Part shown: positions 28,601 to 41,159 of the stretch, in pieces
How positions within the stretch are numbered: position 1 is the stretch's first letter
Layout: the number at the start of each line of letters is the position of its first letter
Source: Macrostomum lignano
Taxonomy: Eukaryota
Direction: 5' to 3'
Assembly: GCA_002269645.1 (NCBI GenBank)
Contig: NIVC01000312.1
Coordinates: 248,001-312,000 of the forward strand
Length of the DNA stretch: 64,000 nucleotides
Notes under the pieces: model-generated
What the model was told of the DNA's origin: nothing
Seen by the model: only the letters and a program-made list of their open reading frames with translations
The model's database searches: none
Made by a program: the position numbers and the translations under genes

Positions 28601-31600
28601 TCAATAAAGCGACTTTGCACGCATACAGTGAACCTTCAGTTGACGGCAGCAGCATACCAGGGAATTAGCAACAGAATTCGGTGCTCAGTCATCATTTATG
28701 ACATCAATTCATAAACTATATCTCAATTCCGCTCAGAGTCTGAGAAGTTTGAAAACTCAGAGAAGTAATTGATCCCTTTATTCATACGGCCTATTTCATT
28801 TTACACTATGTAATTAATTCTTCTGCATCATATTTCGCACCGCGGCTTCTCATGCTCTGCTCTTGAATGCTGAACAGACGGCCCCAGGCAACGCAGTCCC
28901 TTCCAGGAAGCGTGTCGTTCTGCCAACCGGTGTACATCGACATTCGCTGCCGTTCCGCCGACTCGGAGCTGGAGCTCACGATACAGTCGTAGTTTTTGGA
29001 TATGGCTATAATTATAAAAACAGAAACGGGCTGCAAGGATTAGTACAGCAAACATTAGAGAAGGTAAAATATTTGCTAGAAATTGGCATCCGCCACGTTT
29101 ACACACTGAAACTACTAGCCTGAGCACTCAACCGATTAAATTTCCTGCCAACCAGTTTCGCTCAGTTGGTCAATAAGCGAATGCAAGCCTAAGTTTATTT
29201 GATCAACACGATCGCTCTTAGTAACTATGGCAATAGCAACGGTAGCCCCGATTGATATATGGTCAATTTAACAGCCGAAACATGGATCAAATTTAACGGT
29301 TATCAGCGTATTTGATCGTGAAAGCTCCAAATAGAAACCAAATATTCCAAATTCTTTACTCTGGGTGTTCTTATTTTTCTAACTGTGGTGTTTCAAAGGA
29401 ATTTTTTGGGAATTGAAGGGGCCGCAGCCCTTTCGTGTGGTGGTTGGCGACCCTGTCTGTCTCTTGGTGGGCGCCCCTGTCTCTTGGTGGGCGCCCCTGT
29501 CTCTTGGTGGGCGCCCCTGTCTCTTGGTGGGCGCCCCTGTCTCTTGGTGGGCGCCCCTGTCTGCCTCTTGGTGGGTGCCCCTGTCTCTTGGTGGGCGCCC
29601 CTGTCTGTCGGTTAGCGCCCCTGTCTGCCTCTTGGTGGGCGCCCCTGTCTCTTGGTGGGCGCCCCTGTCTCTTGGTTAGCGCCCCTGTCTCTTAGTGGAT
29701 GCCCCTGTCTCTTAGTAGGCGCCCCTATCTCTTGGTGGGCGCCCCTGTCTCTTGGTTAGCGCCCCTGTCTGTCTCTTGGTGGGCGCCCCTATCTCTTGGT
29801 GGGCGCCCCTGTCTCTTGGTTAGCGCCCCTGTCTGCCTCTTTGTGGGCGCCCCTGTCTCTTGGTGGGTGCCCCTGTCTCTTGGTGGACGCCCCTATCTCT
29901 TGGTGGGCGCCCCTGTCTCTTGGTTAGCGCCCCTGTCTATCGCTTGGTGGGCGCCCCTATCTCTTGGTGGGCGCCCCTGTCTCTTGGTTAGCGCCCCTGT
30001 CTGTCTCTTGGTGGGCGCCCCTATCTCTTGGTGGGCGCCCCTGTCTCTTGGTTAGCGCCCCTGTCTGTCTCTTGGTGGGCGCCCCTATCTCTTGGTGGGC
30101 GCCCCTGTCTCTTGGTTAGCGCCCCTGTCTGCCTCTTTGTGGGCGCCCCTGTCTCTTGGTGGGTGCCCCTGTTTCTTGGTGGGCGCCCCTGTCTCTTGGT
30201 TAGCGCCCCTGTCTCTTGGTTAGCGCCCCTGTCTGCCTCTTTGTGGGCGCCCCTGTCTCTTGGTGGGTGCCCCTGTCTCTTGGTGGGCGCCCCTATCTCT
30301 TGGTGGGCGCCCCTGTCTCTTGGTTAGCGCCCCTGTCTATCTCTTGGTGGGCGCCCCTATCTCTTGGTGGGCGCCCCTGTCTCTTGGTGGGCGCCCCTGT
30401 CTCTTGGTGGGCGCCCCTGTCTCTTGGTGGGCGCCCCTGTCTCTTGGTTAGCGCCCCTGTCTCTTAGTGGATGCCCTGTCTCTTAGTGGGCACCCCTACC
30501 CCGGTGGATGCCCGTTCAAGTCTTGTCAAAAGTTGAGCTCCTGTCATACTTTTGGGCTTCTTTACCACTTTCGTTTAGATTTTGGAGAAGCCCCACTGCT
30601 TTAGGGCGCGCCCCGATGGCCACCCTGCAAACGCCAATGTTGATTTTTTCCTGTATATTGAATGGGTCTACGACAACTGCCTTCCATTCCTCCCCCTAAA
30701 ATACGATGCTTAACAATAAAATAAACCAAGAAATTTTATTACTGCTCCGTAAATTTCAGTCACGGTAAACGCCTTAAATCGTGCGTTTTAGAAGTCATAA
30801 ATTCATATTGCACAATTTACACTGTTTATAGCTAGGTGTGGTAATTAATAGAGTATCCAGGCTTACCATTTTTTTTCAGAAAATGTTCTGTAAAATATGT
30901 CTTTTAGAAGCTAGTCATTATTGTTTTTATCTGGGATGCTCTGTGTGAAACCTGAGCAGGCCTAAGATTTGCACTTCGCTATATTGAACTATTCATGTCG
31001 GCAAAAATACAAAAAATTATTGAATATACCTGGTACAAGAACAAAATTTATATATTCAGGTGTTGATTAACTTCACTACTTATGTTTGAGCGGTAGCGAA
31101 TAATGATTCTCGATATCAGTATTTGTTAAATATCATCGCTGTAGCATTTCTGGCAGTCTAATTTGAACAGGTGCAACCTTATCGATTTAAGGCGTTCTCA
31201 AACTCACGACAGTAAGGTATGTCGCACAATGCAGCATTTAGCCTGCCGCTCTCATCGTCCGTAAAAAAGCAATAAGGCCCGTCTGAAAATGCCGCTAAGT
31301 TGCTGAAGTTTCCGATGTGCATAGGCTGGCTGTCTGGAATCAAATTAAAGATTTGAGCGTGAGCAATTTCTTTATTAGATTAGTAATTTACTGTGAAATT
31401 GGACTTGCCGACATCCCGGATCTGCAGGATGACGGCAATGCTACTGTCTGAACCGCAAGTCTGTAGGCGGCTGTTGGCGCACGGTGATGTACAGTTTGTT
31501 CGGCTGCTGTTGTCAACGCCGTCCAATCGTCCGCACAGACAGTCGCCACCGGTTACGAGAGCCGCATAAGGGAAATTGTAGCGATCGCAGCACTCGGCGC

Positions 31601-33162
31601 AGGTCTCATGCGCTTCGATGCCGTTTCTGTAGCAGGTGAAGTTGAATGCAGCCGCGGTCGCTGCATCAGTCACGGGGAAGCAACCGATCTGTTGAAGCTT
31701 AGGACCTAAAGCGAGTAGGAAAAAGTTGTTCAGAAAGCACCCGGATATTAACAGTATTAACAGTACGAATATACCAAACCATTTTTAGAAAATTCTTCGT
31801 GCTTTAACAATTACTTGCTTGCTAGCTAACTTTTTGTTGGGCAGCCTCTCTAACAAGAATCAAGTCGCCAGCCCTCCGGACCGTTAAGGCATTCAACAGC
31901 TCAGCAAGAAGATCGGATTTTGCATCAGAGCAGCCTTGGCAAGCCTCTAAATTTCATCAGAACGTCGACCAAATGTGTTTGTATCAGCTCTGACTTCGCA
32001 GGTCACTGGATTTCACCCAGGCGGCGCTTCTGGGAGGTAACACCTGGTGACCATGAACAACTCATTGGGAATTTCTCTGATGTCTCTGATCAAGCCTCGA
32101 CAATGGACAAACCTCTACTGGTAGGTATCCTCAGTTAGTCTCTTAAACATTCAGCCATCACCCAGACGCCATCGACACTTTCAACCGGGGGGCTGGATTC
32201 CCCCTATGATAGTTCTACTGTTAATTAACCTAAAAGATTTTGTTGAATTACTCACGAGTTGCTTTGTGTAGAAACGTCGATAGAGGTAAACCAGGAGGAG
32301 AGCGGCATCGAGTCTCATTGTCCGAGAAGTTAAGAGACAGCAGGCTCGCAGCCAGGCTGGCCTCGCCTCTGCTCTGCAGCATCCGAGCTGCATCGTTCCA
32401 TCTCATACACGGCGTCCTAGTGATGTAGGGCTTTAAACTCGGGACAGCTGTGTAGTTAAAGTACCTTGTGTCGTTGAAGTCCAGCCGAACTGTTGAGTAC
32501 CCGTATACCACAGCCGAGCTGACGTTGCCTGTGTAATCATTGCCAGTGAGACTGGTTCGGCAATCCAAATCTTGGCCTACGGTTTTCAATGGAATTTTCT
32601 AAAAGTTAGTCGTACTGACAACAATAATAGTTTATAATAAGCAACTTTTATTAATTATGTTAAACTTGCCGTTAAGAGGCACCTGTAACGACTTCATCAG
32701 CGATTCCTCGGTGCTTTGAATGACATCTAGAAATGCTTTGGTCGGCTCGTTCAGTACAGAATCAGTTTTTTTGGATAGATCAAAACTGTAGAATTCGATT
32801 TTTTCGCTTGTGTTCTTCTTAGTAAGATGCTCCATGTTCTCAATATTGAAGGTTGTCAACTTTTCTACCATGCGACTGGCCGTGATGGCCCGCGTGGGAC
32901 AGATGTACACATCCGGGAACTGGAACTTCAACGAGGACATGCTCATGCTGGTCATCACTGGGGCCTGAAGGAACCTTTCAAACAAAGTGGACAGGTGGTA
33001 GGCAAACCCGCTGTAGGTGCCTAGCAGGAATAGGACCCAGATGAGCCTGCCAAGTTGGCTGGACTGCTCAGAGAATCTGCCAAGTCCGTGAGCAGTTGTG
33101 TAGCCACAGAAACTGCTCACTGGTGCGCTCAGCTTCCGTGATGAGGAGTTGTAGCTACTCAT
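25700..33162 (-). CDS. DEG/ENaC channel subunit (1027 aa) with kringle-WSC-kringle insertion; exons 33162-32683, 32598-32256, 31705-31409, 31333-31208, 29005-28841, 27856-27772, 27692-27559, 27478-27114, 27039-26840, 26750-26655, 26580-25967, 25878-25700
   Basis: N-terminal TTAHG motif, TM1, FPDVYIC, SCSFAGQKC..HPQLGMCHQF, Cys-rich thumb (DCINT, CKCLP, CQPPC), pre-TM2/TM2 VADFGGILGLWCGVSILTLCE. All 11 introns are phase-compatible (one needs a GC donor). Exons sum to 3084 nt, in frame to the stop. Confidence 0.88.
28401..28508. repeat. 36-bp repeat x3 containing GTCTATGG, in an ENaC intron
   Basis: Unit TGGCTTGTTGTAGACAGTTGTCTATGGT(G/A)AAAA(G/A)(T/C)C. Confidence 0.85.
29455..30490. repeat. 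20-bp GGCGCCCCTGTCTCTTGGTG minisatellite in ENaC intron 4, inside a degenerate MITE-like shell (~29383-30639)
   Basis: Unit as at 10810. The right end reads CATTGGCGTTTGCAGGG on the minus strand; its match to the left end is weak (11/17) and no TSD is seen. Confidence 0.9.
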
Positions 33163-34158
33163 GGCTAGTGGTGTGTTTTTTGGTTGGGCCTGACGGTGTA
33201 AAAAATGTTTAAGCTGCAGCCGTTTAAGCTCAGCTAAAAGAATAGCTGAGAATATTTGGGTCAGTATCGAGAGAATTTAAGTCAAAGCACTTTTTCGTCC
33301 GTTTTCTGCTGAAATAGACTGCGTGGAATAGAATAGCTTGTTCACAAACGGCTGAGCCAATACAATTCATGTGTGCTCAGAAACGGACTGTTTCCTGTAC
33401 CTGCACCCTCGTAAAGTCCTCAACTAGTTCTGTCTACCGTGTACGCTGAAATTAATTTGGATGAAGAGATTGACAGAATACATGTCTACATTTGCCAAAC
33501 ATATTACTTTGTCAGTAGAAACTTCAGTGCCTGTACATGAACAACTGAAGTACACTCTATTTCTTAGAAATGAACTGGAGGCCGGTAAGGAGAGTCTATT
33601 TTGCCGTATCGCCAGTGCATTTAGTATGCTCTCGAGAGAACGCATAGCTATAAATGAGGTTCGTCGTATTATTTTTTGTGCCTTTACAATTCACATAAAT
33701 ATACTCGTACAGAACATCGCGATGGCAATTCCGGAAACTTTGCGCATTCTCAGAAACATCGATAATGATCGTTATTTACGCAATTTGGTCTTTAAAAAAG
33801 ATTCCGTTTGCAATGATTTACATCGCATCATCCAATAAACTATATACAGTGCTTATTTATTATGTCATAAGTCACACTGCACCTGACTTATAAAGGTCAG
33901 TATTTGTACCTATATTTTTTCTGATAGGAAAATATACACAAAAACAATCCGAAATATACAGAGTGCAATGCTGAATGCCAAAATTCTGTAGCTACGCTTT
34001 AAACTTCCAGCAACTGAAAACTCCGTCCAGGAGACCTTCATCGAGAATATGGAGAGTCAACTTCACATCTAACGCCGATTTGATCAGATATCAGGATAAA
34101 AAAGAAAAATTTTAGTACCTTGTATACATGTAAGTCTGGTTTAATAAGCGCTATAAAT

Positions 34159-34300
34159 TTCATAAATGCGAAACTTCACAACCGCGAAACTTCATAACCG
34201 CAAAACTTCAACTTCACAACCGCTAAAAAGACTTCGGTTGTTTAAGTTTCGCGTTTATGAAAGCAAGTGCTTTTAGCGGTCGTGAAATTTCGCTTTTGTG
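34159..34300. repeat. Cluster of short direct and inverted repeats (GCGAAACTTCACAACC), MITE-like remnant
   Basis: TTCATAAATGCGAAACTTCACAACCG pairs with CGGTTGTTTAAGTTTCGCGTTTATGAA. Confidence 0.6.
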
Positions 34301-35376
34301 AAACCCACCCCATGAATTCATCACAATTCCATCTTGACACCAAGGCTCAAGAAGGAGTTGCTGAGATTCCACGGTTAAGAGGGGTTACCGATATTTTAGG
34401 CTATAGATTTTTTCTATCATGTCGACTGGTAATTCTCGATACAAGGTGCTAATACTAGTTATTTTGCTAAATTTATCATAAAATTTCGTTCATGATTAAA
34501 ACCCTGTTGTCTGCAGATATTTGATTCTAAGATTAGATTCTAAGCAAAAAATCTGGTGTACAATGTTGTGAATTAAACTAGAATCAAGGTCTGTGCGTTA
34601 CCTGATAGACTGGTGGCCTGGACAAACTTGGAACCGTTCTGATAGGGGTTATTGCTCAGATTTTACTGTCAGCGCCAGTCAGAAGCTGAGCGTCAGTCAC
34701 TCAATAGCAGCCACGGTGCTTCCGGTTGCCCTATCTGTTTACGCAAGCAATCTCATAAGATAATTGAATTAGGCGGAGTGGAATAAGTCTATTTTGTATA
34801 GACATCATTAAAGAGGAGTAAACAGTGTTCTCTGTTTTTATGCCATAACAATAATCGGGTGAAGCGGAGACTTTTAATAATTAATATAAATAAGTACTCT
34901 GCTACTAAAAGCAATTTTATATGCCACCCAACCCCACCAGGATCAGTTAGTGGGAGCCATATACCCCACGAAATCATTTACTGGTAGCCATATACCCGAC
35001 CAGGTCATTCAGTGGTAGTCTTACGACCCACCAAAGTACTTCAGTTGTAATTCTATGAATACTTCGTATTACTTTGAAATAATCCGTGTGGACATTTCAA
35101 CAGACTGCAATGAAAAATCATTGTTCTTATGGCTTGGGAGATGCAAACACACTGTATGATTTCCACGTGAGTGAGGCATTCAATTGAAACCTGCAACAAT
35201 AGACTGAAAAGGCAGTGTGTACATACTCGTACTCGTGCATGGGCTTCAATAAGCCTCGTAAATATTTTCCCAATTCTCTATTGTTGTTGCTGCTGCCACT
35301 AGACTGGGAAAAAAATGATCAACACAAAAAGCTACGGCACCATTGGGAAGATGTGCCGGTCATGTGAGCCGCTTAG

Positions 35377-35380
<4 letters not shown>

Positions 35381-35465
<85 letters not shown>

Positions 35466-35484
35466 CGAGAGAGAGAGAGAGAGA
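35381..35484. repeat. (GA)n microsatellite
   Basis: Direct reading. Confidence 0.97.
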
Positions 35485-35960
35485 GCTGGAGAGTATAATC
35501 AAAGAAAAAAAATGGTTGAAAAGCGCGGTTTTGTCGGCAGGGTAAAAACAATGGGACATGTAGTTTCTGAGCTCTCATCTAGGTGCCCAGAAGAGGACGC
35601 TGGGAAAAAGGCGGCTGCATGAGGTGGGATGTAGAGACTCCCAGATGGAGAGAGTTTGGAGAAATTGGAGAGGGGAAGAGAAATGGGCTGGGAATAAAAT
35701 ATGAAAATGCAGAGAGAATTGATGGTTAATGCTGGGTTTGGCAAACGGACGAACAATGAGAAAGTGGTGGAGATTTATGATAGGTTCAGAGAAATAAAAA
35801 GGTGAATAGCCACATCACACAGGCGTTCCTATTGGTTCTGATCTAAGAAGCATAAGAAAATCCACACAGCTCTAACGGTATAAATTATTGCTACGTTTTA
35901 TATTAGTGACCAGGTGTTGCAAAGGTTAGAGTTCCAGGAGCAATTCAATTGCTGATAACA

Positions 35961-36291
35961 ATGACTCTAATTACCCGGCTTCTTTTTCTTAGCTGCTCGC
36001 TGTCTGTCTCCATGGCAGCCCTGACAATTGTATGCGAAAATGATACAATGACGGCCGACTGCGCAACCCAGGTGATATCCATTTCCATTGCAACATTCGG
36101 CAAGTCGAGCATGTTCTCCGCCTCGTGTCCGAACCAGTCGCCGACTGAGTGCAACAGCGGCACCGCCTACGGGCTGATCAGCGACGCCTGCGAGGGCCAG
36201 AACAGCTGCTCGATGGCCGCGAGTAAAGCGCTGTTTGGCGATCCGTGTCCCGGATACGAGAGCTACATGGTGCTGTACTACAGCTGTAAAG
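35961..36291 (+). CDS. Secreted SUEL lectin, first exon (signal peptide + SUEL domain); downstream exon(s) not identified
   Basis: MTLITRLLFLSCSLSVSMA signal; VCENDTMTADC..ATFGK..CEGQNSCSMAASKALFGDPCPG..YMVLYYSC; donor G|GTGAGG (phase 1). Confidence 0.85.
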
Positions 36292-36374
36292 GTGAGGCGT
36301 TGAGGTTTCAACAGTACAACAGATCGATTTTCAAACGGGTGCCATTTTTTATTCGGTCCTTTTTCTTCATGGTT

Positions 36375-37590
36375 GGACAGTCAGTTCCTCAGTTTGACTG
36401 GCACGAAATGAAAGTCCTTCATCATAGTTGCATGGACTGTCAGTTCCTCAGTTTAACTGGCACGGAATGAAAGTCCTTCATCATAGTTGCATGGACTGTC
36501 AGTTCTTCAGTTTAACTGGCACGGAATGAAAGTCCTTCATCATAGTTGCATGGACTGTCAGTTCCTCAGTTTGACTGGCACGAAATGAAAGTCCTTCATC
36601 ATAGTTGCATGGACTGTCAGTTCCTCAGTTTGACTGGCACGAAATGAAAGTCCTTCATCATAGTTGCATGGACTGTCAGTTCTTCAGTTTAACTGGCACG
36701 GAATGAAAGTCCTTCATCATAGTTGCATGGACTGTCAGTTCTTCAGTTTAACTGGCACGGAATGAAAGTCCTTCATCATAGTTGCATGGACTGTCAGTTC
36801 CTCAGTTTAACTGGCACGGAATGAAAGTCCTTCATCATAGTTGCATGGACTGTCAGTTCTTCAGTTTAACTGGCACGGAATGAAAGTCCTTCATCATAGT
36901 TGCATGGACTGTCAGTTCTTCAGTTTAACTGGCACGGAATGAAAGTCCTTCATCATAGTTGCATGGACTGTCAGTTCTTCAGTTTAACTGGCACGGAATG
37001 AAAGTCCTTCATCACAGTGGGACTGTCAGTTCCTCAGTTTAACTGGCACGGAATGAAAGTCCTTCATCATAGTTGCATGGACTGTCAGTTCCTCAGTTTA
37101 ACTGGCACGGAATGAAAGTCCTTCATCATAGTTGCATGGACTGTCAGTTCCTCAGTTTAACTGGCACGGAATGAAATTCCTTCATCATAGTTGCATGGAC
37201 TGTCAGTTCCTCAGTTTAACTGGCACGGAATAAAAGTCCTTCATCATAGTTGCATGGACTGTCAGTTCTTCAGTTTAACTGGCACGGAATGAAAGTCCTT
37301 CATCATAGTTGCATGGACTGTCAGTTCCTCAGTTTAACTGGCACGGAATGAAATTCCTTCATCATAGTTGCATGGACTGTCAGTTCCTCAGTTTAACTGG
37401 CACGGAATGAAAGTCCTTCATCATAGTTGCATGGACTGTCAGTTCCTCAGTTTAACTGGCACGGAATGAAATTCCTTCATCACAGTGGGACTGTCAGTTC
37501 CTCAGTTTGACTGGCACGGAATGAAATTCCTTCATCACAGTGGGACTGTCAGTTCCTCAGTTTGACTGGCACGGAATGAAAGTCCTTCAT
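36375..37590. repeat. 59-bp minisatellite (~21 units)
   Basis: Unit GGACTGTCAGTTCCTCAGTTTAACTGGCACGGAATGAAAGTCCTTCATCATAGTTGCAT. Confidence 0.95.
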
Positions 37591-38966
37591 CACAATTAGA
37601 GTTAAGCTTTATATTATGAATCCGTAAAGTGCAAGTTTGCTGCAAAGGTATGTACAAAGGTAAGTCATAAAGTCTGCTTAGTCTATTTAAAATTAAGCAC
37701 TGACTATCAAAACTCACTACAGACAGACAAATTCCTCTGCTGAAATCTGTCAAAGTACATTGTATGCATAATGAATTTTACCTGTTAGCAATCCTAGCAC
37801 GTAATCTTTTAATTACGCTACTGAATTTTTAAGTCTTTCCAAGACACATTTATTTTTACCTGACATGTTGAAAAATTCGAAGTAACTCAACGATGCTGAA
37901 GTCAGTAATTCTTTTATTTAAACAAATACACGATCACGATCGTTGCTGTGAAAGCAATCGACACGTTGGATAGTAGAACACTCGATCTATTATGGTTTAA
38001 ATTTTGAACAGCACCGTAAAATTACCTGTTCACCCGTGTAACTTTTCGAAGTTGACACAAAAGATTCCACGATTCCACTATATATCTGTTTGGTGATTGG
38101 TCCTATACTTAGAATATGTTTTACAATTAAAAATTTTAACAGTTTAACAGTGCACAGTAAGAAAAAAGACACTCAATTATCGGCACAAACTCGGTCTAGG
38201 CCTACGAAGGATCAGTAAAAGTCCTTACAAAACTTATCTATCTAGCGGCGCCATTGTAACATTTTTTGTGTCGACTAGCAAACAATTGCTGACATGACAG
38301 CTGCAGTGTGGAAATAACCGCGTGCATGATCATGTTTTTTGAGTCGAAATTTTTTGATAAGACTGAGTCAGAGCCATTACTGGAAAACTTGTAAAGTTTT
38401 ACCAAAGATAAGGGTAACGACGCCACCAAGGCAATCAAATACTCGTACATGTATAGCTCATTTTGCTTTTTTAGGCGGGCTCTATTGATATATGCATTGT
38501 CGCTAGTAGCTCCGTACATCAAAGGTTGCTCATGATAGTATTTGAATTTCATTCCTTATATGTATTTGATGCTAGTAAGTTAGCCAACTAAATCACTGCG
38601 TTGCCGAATTAAAAGTGAACAGTGAATTTACGAGCTGTATTGTCGCAAGTTGATTGGTTTCAATTAACTACCTGTACATTTTATTGCCCTCTCGATAAAC
38701 CATTTACCTGCGAAAGATTTTTTTCTGCGTACATAATATAGTGAGCACTGGACCCTGGACTGGCCTTCTCTGCTCGGTCTTATCTCCCCCTTCACAGTCT
38801 GTCTCCAACCTAACCCCAGTTAGTCTCTCCAGCCGCGTGCAGATCAGTAACAAGTGCAGACTTCATAGCTAGATTTTTTCTATCTACTATAAACCCGCAA
38901 GCTAAGAGAAGTCATAAACTTTTCAGAGGAGGCTCGTATAGTTAGAGTTTTGTTTTACCAGCAAAA

Positions 38967-40196
38967 ATGGAGGGCACAATGTTTTTCACACTTCGTCAGG
39001 CCAATTGCACGCCGGAGTTTCGTCGGGCAGCCTACAATCCCTCGGACACTGTCCGGGTGACCATCTACAGCTTGACAGTGTTGCAGGCCGCCATTCTACC
39101 CGTTGGGGCTGCCCTCAACATTGCCTGTTTTGCTACCCTGCTGCGCTATCCACTTGGCGCCGAGGTGAACGGGCACTTTGTGAGTTTCAGCGTCTGCGAT
39201 ACAGCGTTTCTCCTGTTTAATCTGCTCGACACCATCAGCCATTGTGTCGAGAACTCAACACCGTTGACTGACGGTCCGGAACCCTTCAACTACATTGCCT
39301 ATGTCCATCCGATTGCGTGGACACTGCGCAGTGTGGTGTACACTGCTCACAGTTGGCAGACGGTGCTGCTTAGCGGCCTCAAATGGCTACGCATCTGCCG
39401 GCCGCTGTCGGCCCTGCCAGAGTCCAGAATTCGCCACCTCATCGGGCTTGTTTGGCTGTACAGTCTGGTCACCAGCATTCCACCGATTCTGCTGTTCCAA
39501 GCATTTGTCACGGTTCTGTATGCCAACTGCCATGACCAGGGCTTCCGGGTCGCCGGCAGCGGTTATCACCGACTCTACAGCATCGACAACAGTGGAGACG
39601 TTGGTGGCGGCATCATACCGCCCGCCATTCCACCGTCATTTGTCGCCGTGAACGCGTCCTTGCTGCCGGCGCTTATCTGCCTGATCTGCAGTCTGGGCAT
39701 CGTGTGGCGCCTGCGACACCCAGTCCTGCATCATCTACCGCGTCGCCGGCATCTCCGTCGGCAAGAAAACAACTTCCTGGATCCTGGCGCAGCTCGGCTA
39801 GGCCGCGAAGCCACTCGCGCAGTGCTCATGTCGGCTAACAGTTTCCTGCTCTTCCAAATCCCGATGGTTATCTGGACATTGGTGGACACCTGGTACTGGA
39901 AGCTGCTGCAGCCGGCGGTCTTCTCAATGCTCGTTGTAGTCAGCAACACAATCAGCCAAGCATTCTTTGCGGTGGACCTGTCGGTGTGTCTTCACAGCAA
40001 TCACCAGTTTTCTAGCAACCTTCGAAGATACCTGCAGCCGTTTTGCCAGTGCAGAAAGCACTTCAAGCAGCAAAAACAGCAGCAGAAGCCGTGCAACAAG
40101 CAGTTTGAGCTTCGACGACTTCGAGGCTTTTCGGACTGCAATGGCGTGGAAGAGCAGGCCGGGACCTTCTCTATCTGCAGCTCAACTCTGATCTGA
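38967..40196 (+). CDS. Intronless divergent class A GPCR (peptide-receptor-like), 409 aa
   Basis: Seven hydrophobic segments; TM1 GAALNI, TM2 SVCDT, TM3 end LKWLRICRPL, TM5 LLPALIC, TM6 FLLFQIP. Confidence 0.85.
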   Translation: MEGTMFFTLRQANCTPEFRRAAYNPSDTVRVTIYSLTVLQAAILPVGAALNIACFATLLRYPLGAEVNGHFVSFSVCDTAFLLFNLLDTISHCVENSTPLTDGPEPFNYIAYVHPIAWTLRSVVYTAHSWQTVLLSGLKWLRICRPLSALPESRIRHLIGLVWLYSLVTSIPPILLFQAFVTVLYANCHDQGFRVAGSGYHRLYSIDNSGDVGGGIIPPAIPPSFVAVNASLLPALICLICSLGIVWRLRHPVLHHLPRRRHLRRQENNFLDPGAARLGREATRAVLMSANSFLLFQIPMVIWTLVDTWYWKLLQPAVFSMLVVVSNTISQAFFAVDLSVCLHSNHQFSSNLRRYLQPFCQCRKHFKQQKQQQKPCNKQFELRRLRGFSDCNGVEEQAGTFSICSSTLI

Positions 40197-41159
40197 AATC
40201 TGAGCCTTAGCTACCGGCCTGAAAGATTTCGCAAGTTCTAGGAAATGTTACTGACTTTCTTTGACTGTAAGACAAGATATCAAAGATGAAATATTAGCAA
40301 TTCTAGTCCTACCAAACCCAAACCAATGCACCATCATATTTCTGTGCCATTTGAAGTTTTTGTTATAGCCCATGTTTTCTAACTTGAGCAAGGCGTATTG
40401 AAACACTGAAAGGTAAATCTGCACATATTGTAAGATTGTAGTTTGTCCAGCAAGTTGCAACTATACTTATTATCTAGGGTTTTTGCAAAAATTGAATCCA
40501 TATTATTTGTTGCAGAATAATGCAGCTCTTTATTGTACTCTTAAACAAAAATACACATTCTTAACGTGATAGTTTTCAAAATCTTATGACGTTTTTCCTA
40601 CTTCAAATCAAAAAGAGTCACTCTTTAAAACTTGCTATCTTTACGATACGAAGCTATAGAGTAAAATCGTGTAGCACATTTAACGTCTCGAAAACTGTCG
40701 AGTAATATATGAGCACAAAGCATTTGCTGCACTAAACCCGTAAATCAATCTGCCGTCACTTTGTCACCGACTAAGCGATCTTCTCCTCCAATTAGGAAGG
40801 CAACAACTACTTGTGGGTTATAACCTTATACAGTCGCTATTGTTAATTTCTGAAGAAAATCTATGATTTAAAAGCAAAGAGCATCCCGCCCTAAAATGAT
40901 CTAGCTAGCTCCCCTATGAGTTTTGGCTCTAAAGCATCGGAGCAACCCCACTGAGACACAGAATTTCAGCAATTCCCCCCCCCCCTTACAAGCCCCGCCT
41001 TCTCAGCAGTTCTCTACGTGAGTCTTCACATCTCACCGATTTCCCGCGTGAACCCTTGACATCTCGGCATTTCCACCAAGAGGCACAACATTTCAGCAAT
41101 TTCCCATGAGCATTGAGCCACAGAATTTCTGCGATTCCCCTCATAAACCTTGACATCTC

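Noticed and set aside
27870-28830. ORFs 27991-28215, 28250-28558 and 28345-28620 as extra ENaC exons
   Set aside because: No compatible splice phases or family motifs; 28841 joins 27856 in frame and completes kringle 2.
31720-32250. Possible exon holding the second half of kringle 1
   Set aside because: All phase-1 acceptors hit stops and no PxC/CxxPxC motif is present; the missing half is at 31333-31208.
33424-33838. 125-aa ORF upstream of the ENaC gene
   Set aside because: No recognisable motif, AT-rich codons and no clear splice sites.
36375-37590. Regular arrays (59-, 40-, 38- and 36-bp) as possible CRISPR arrays
   Set aside because: Head-to-tail tandem units with no unique spacers, no cas genes, and a eukaryotic context.
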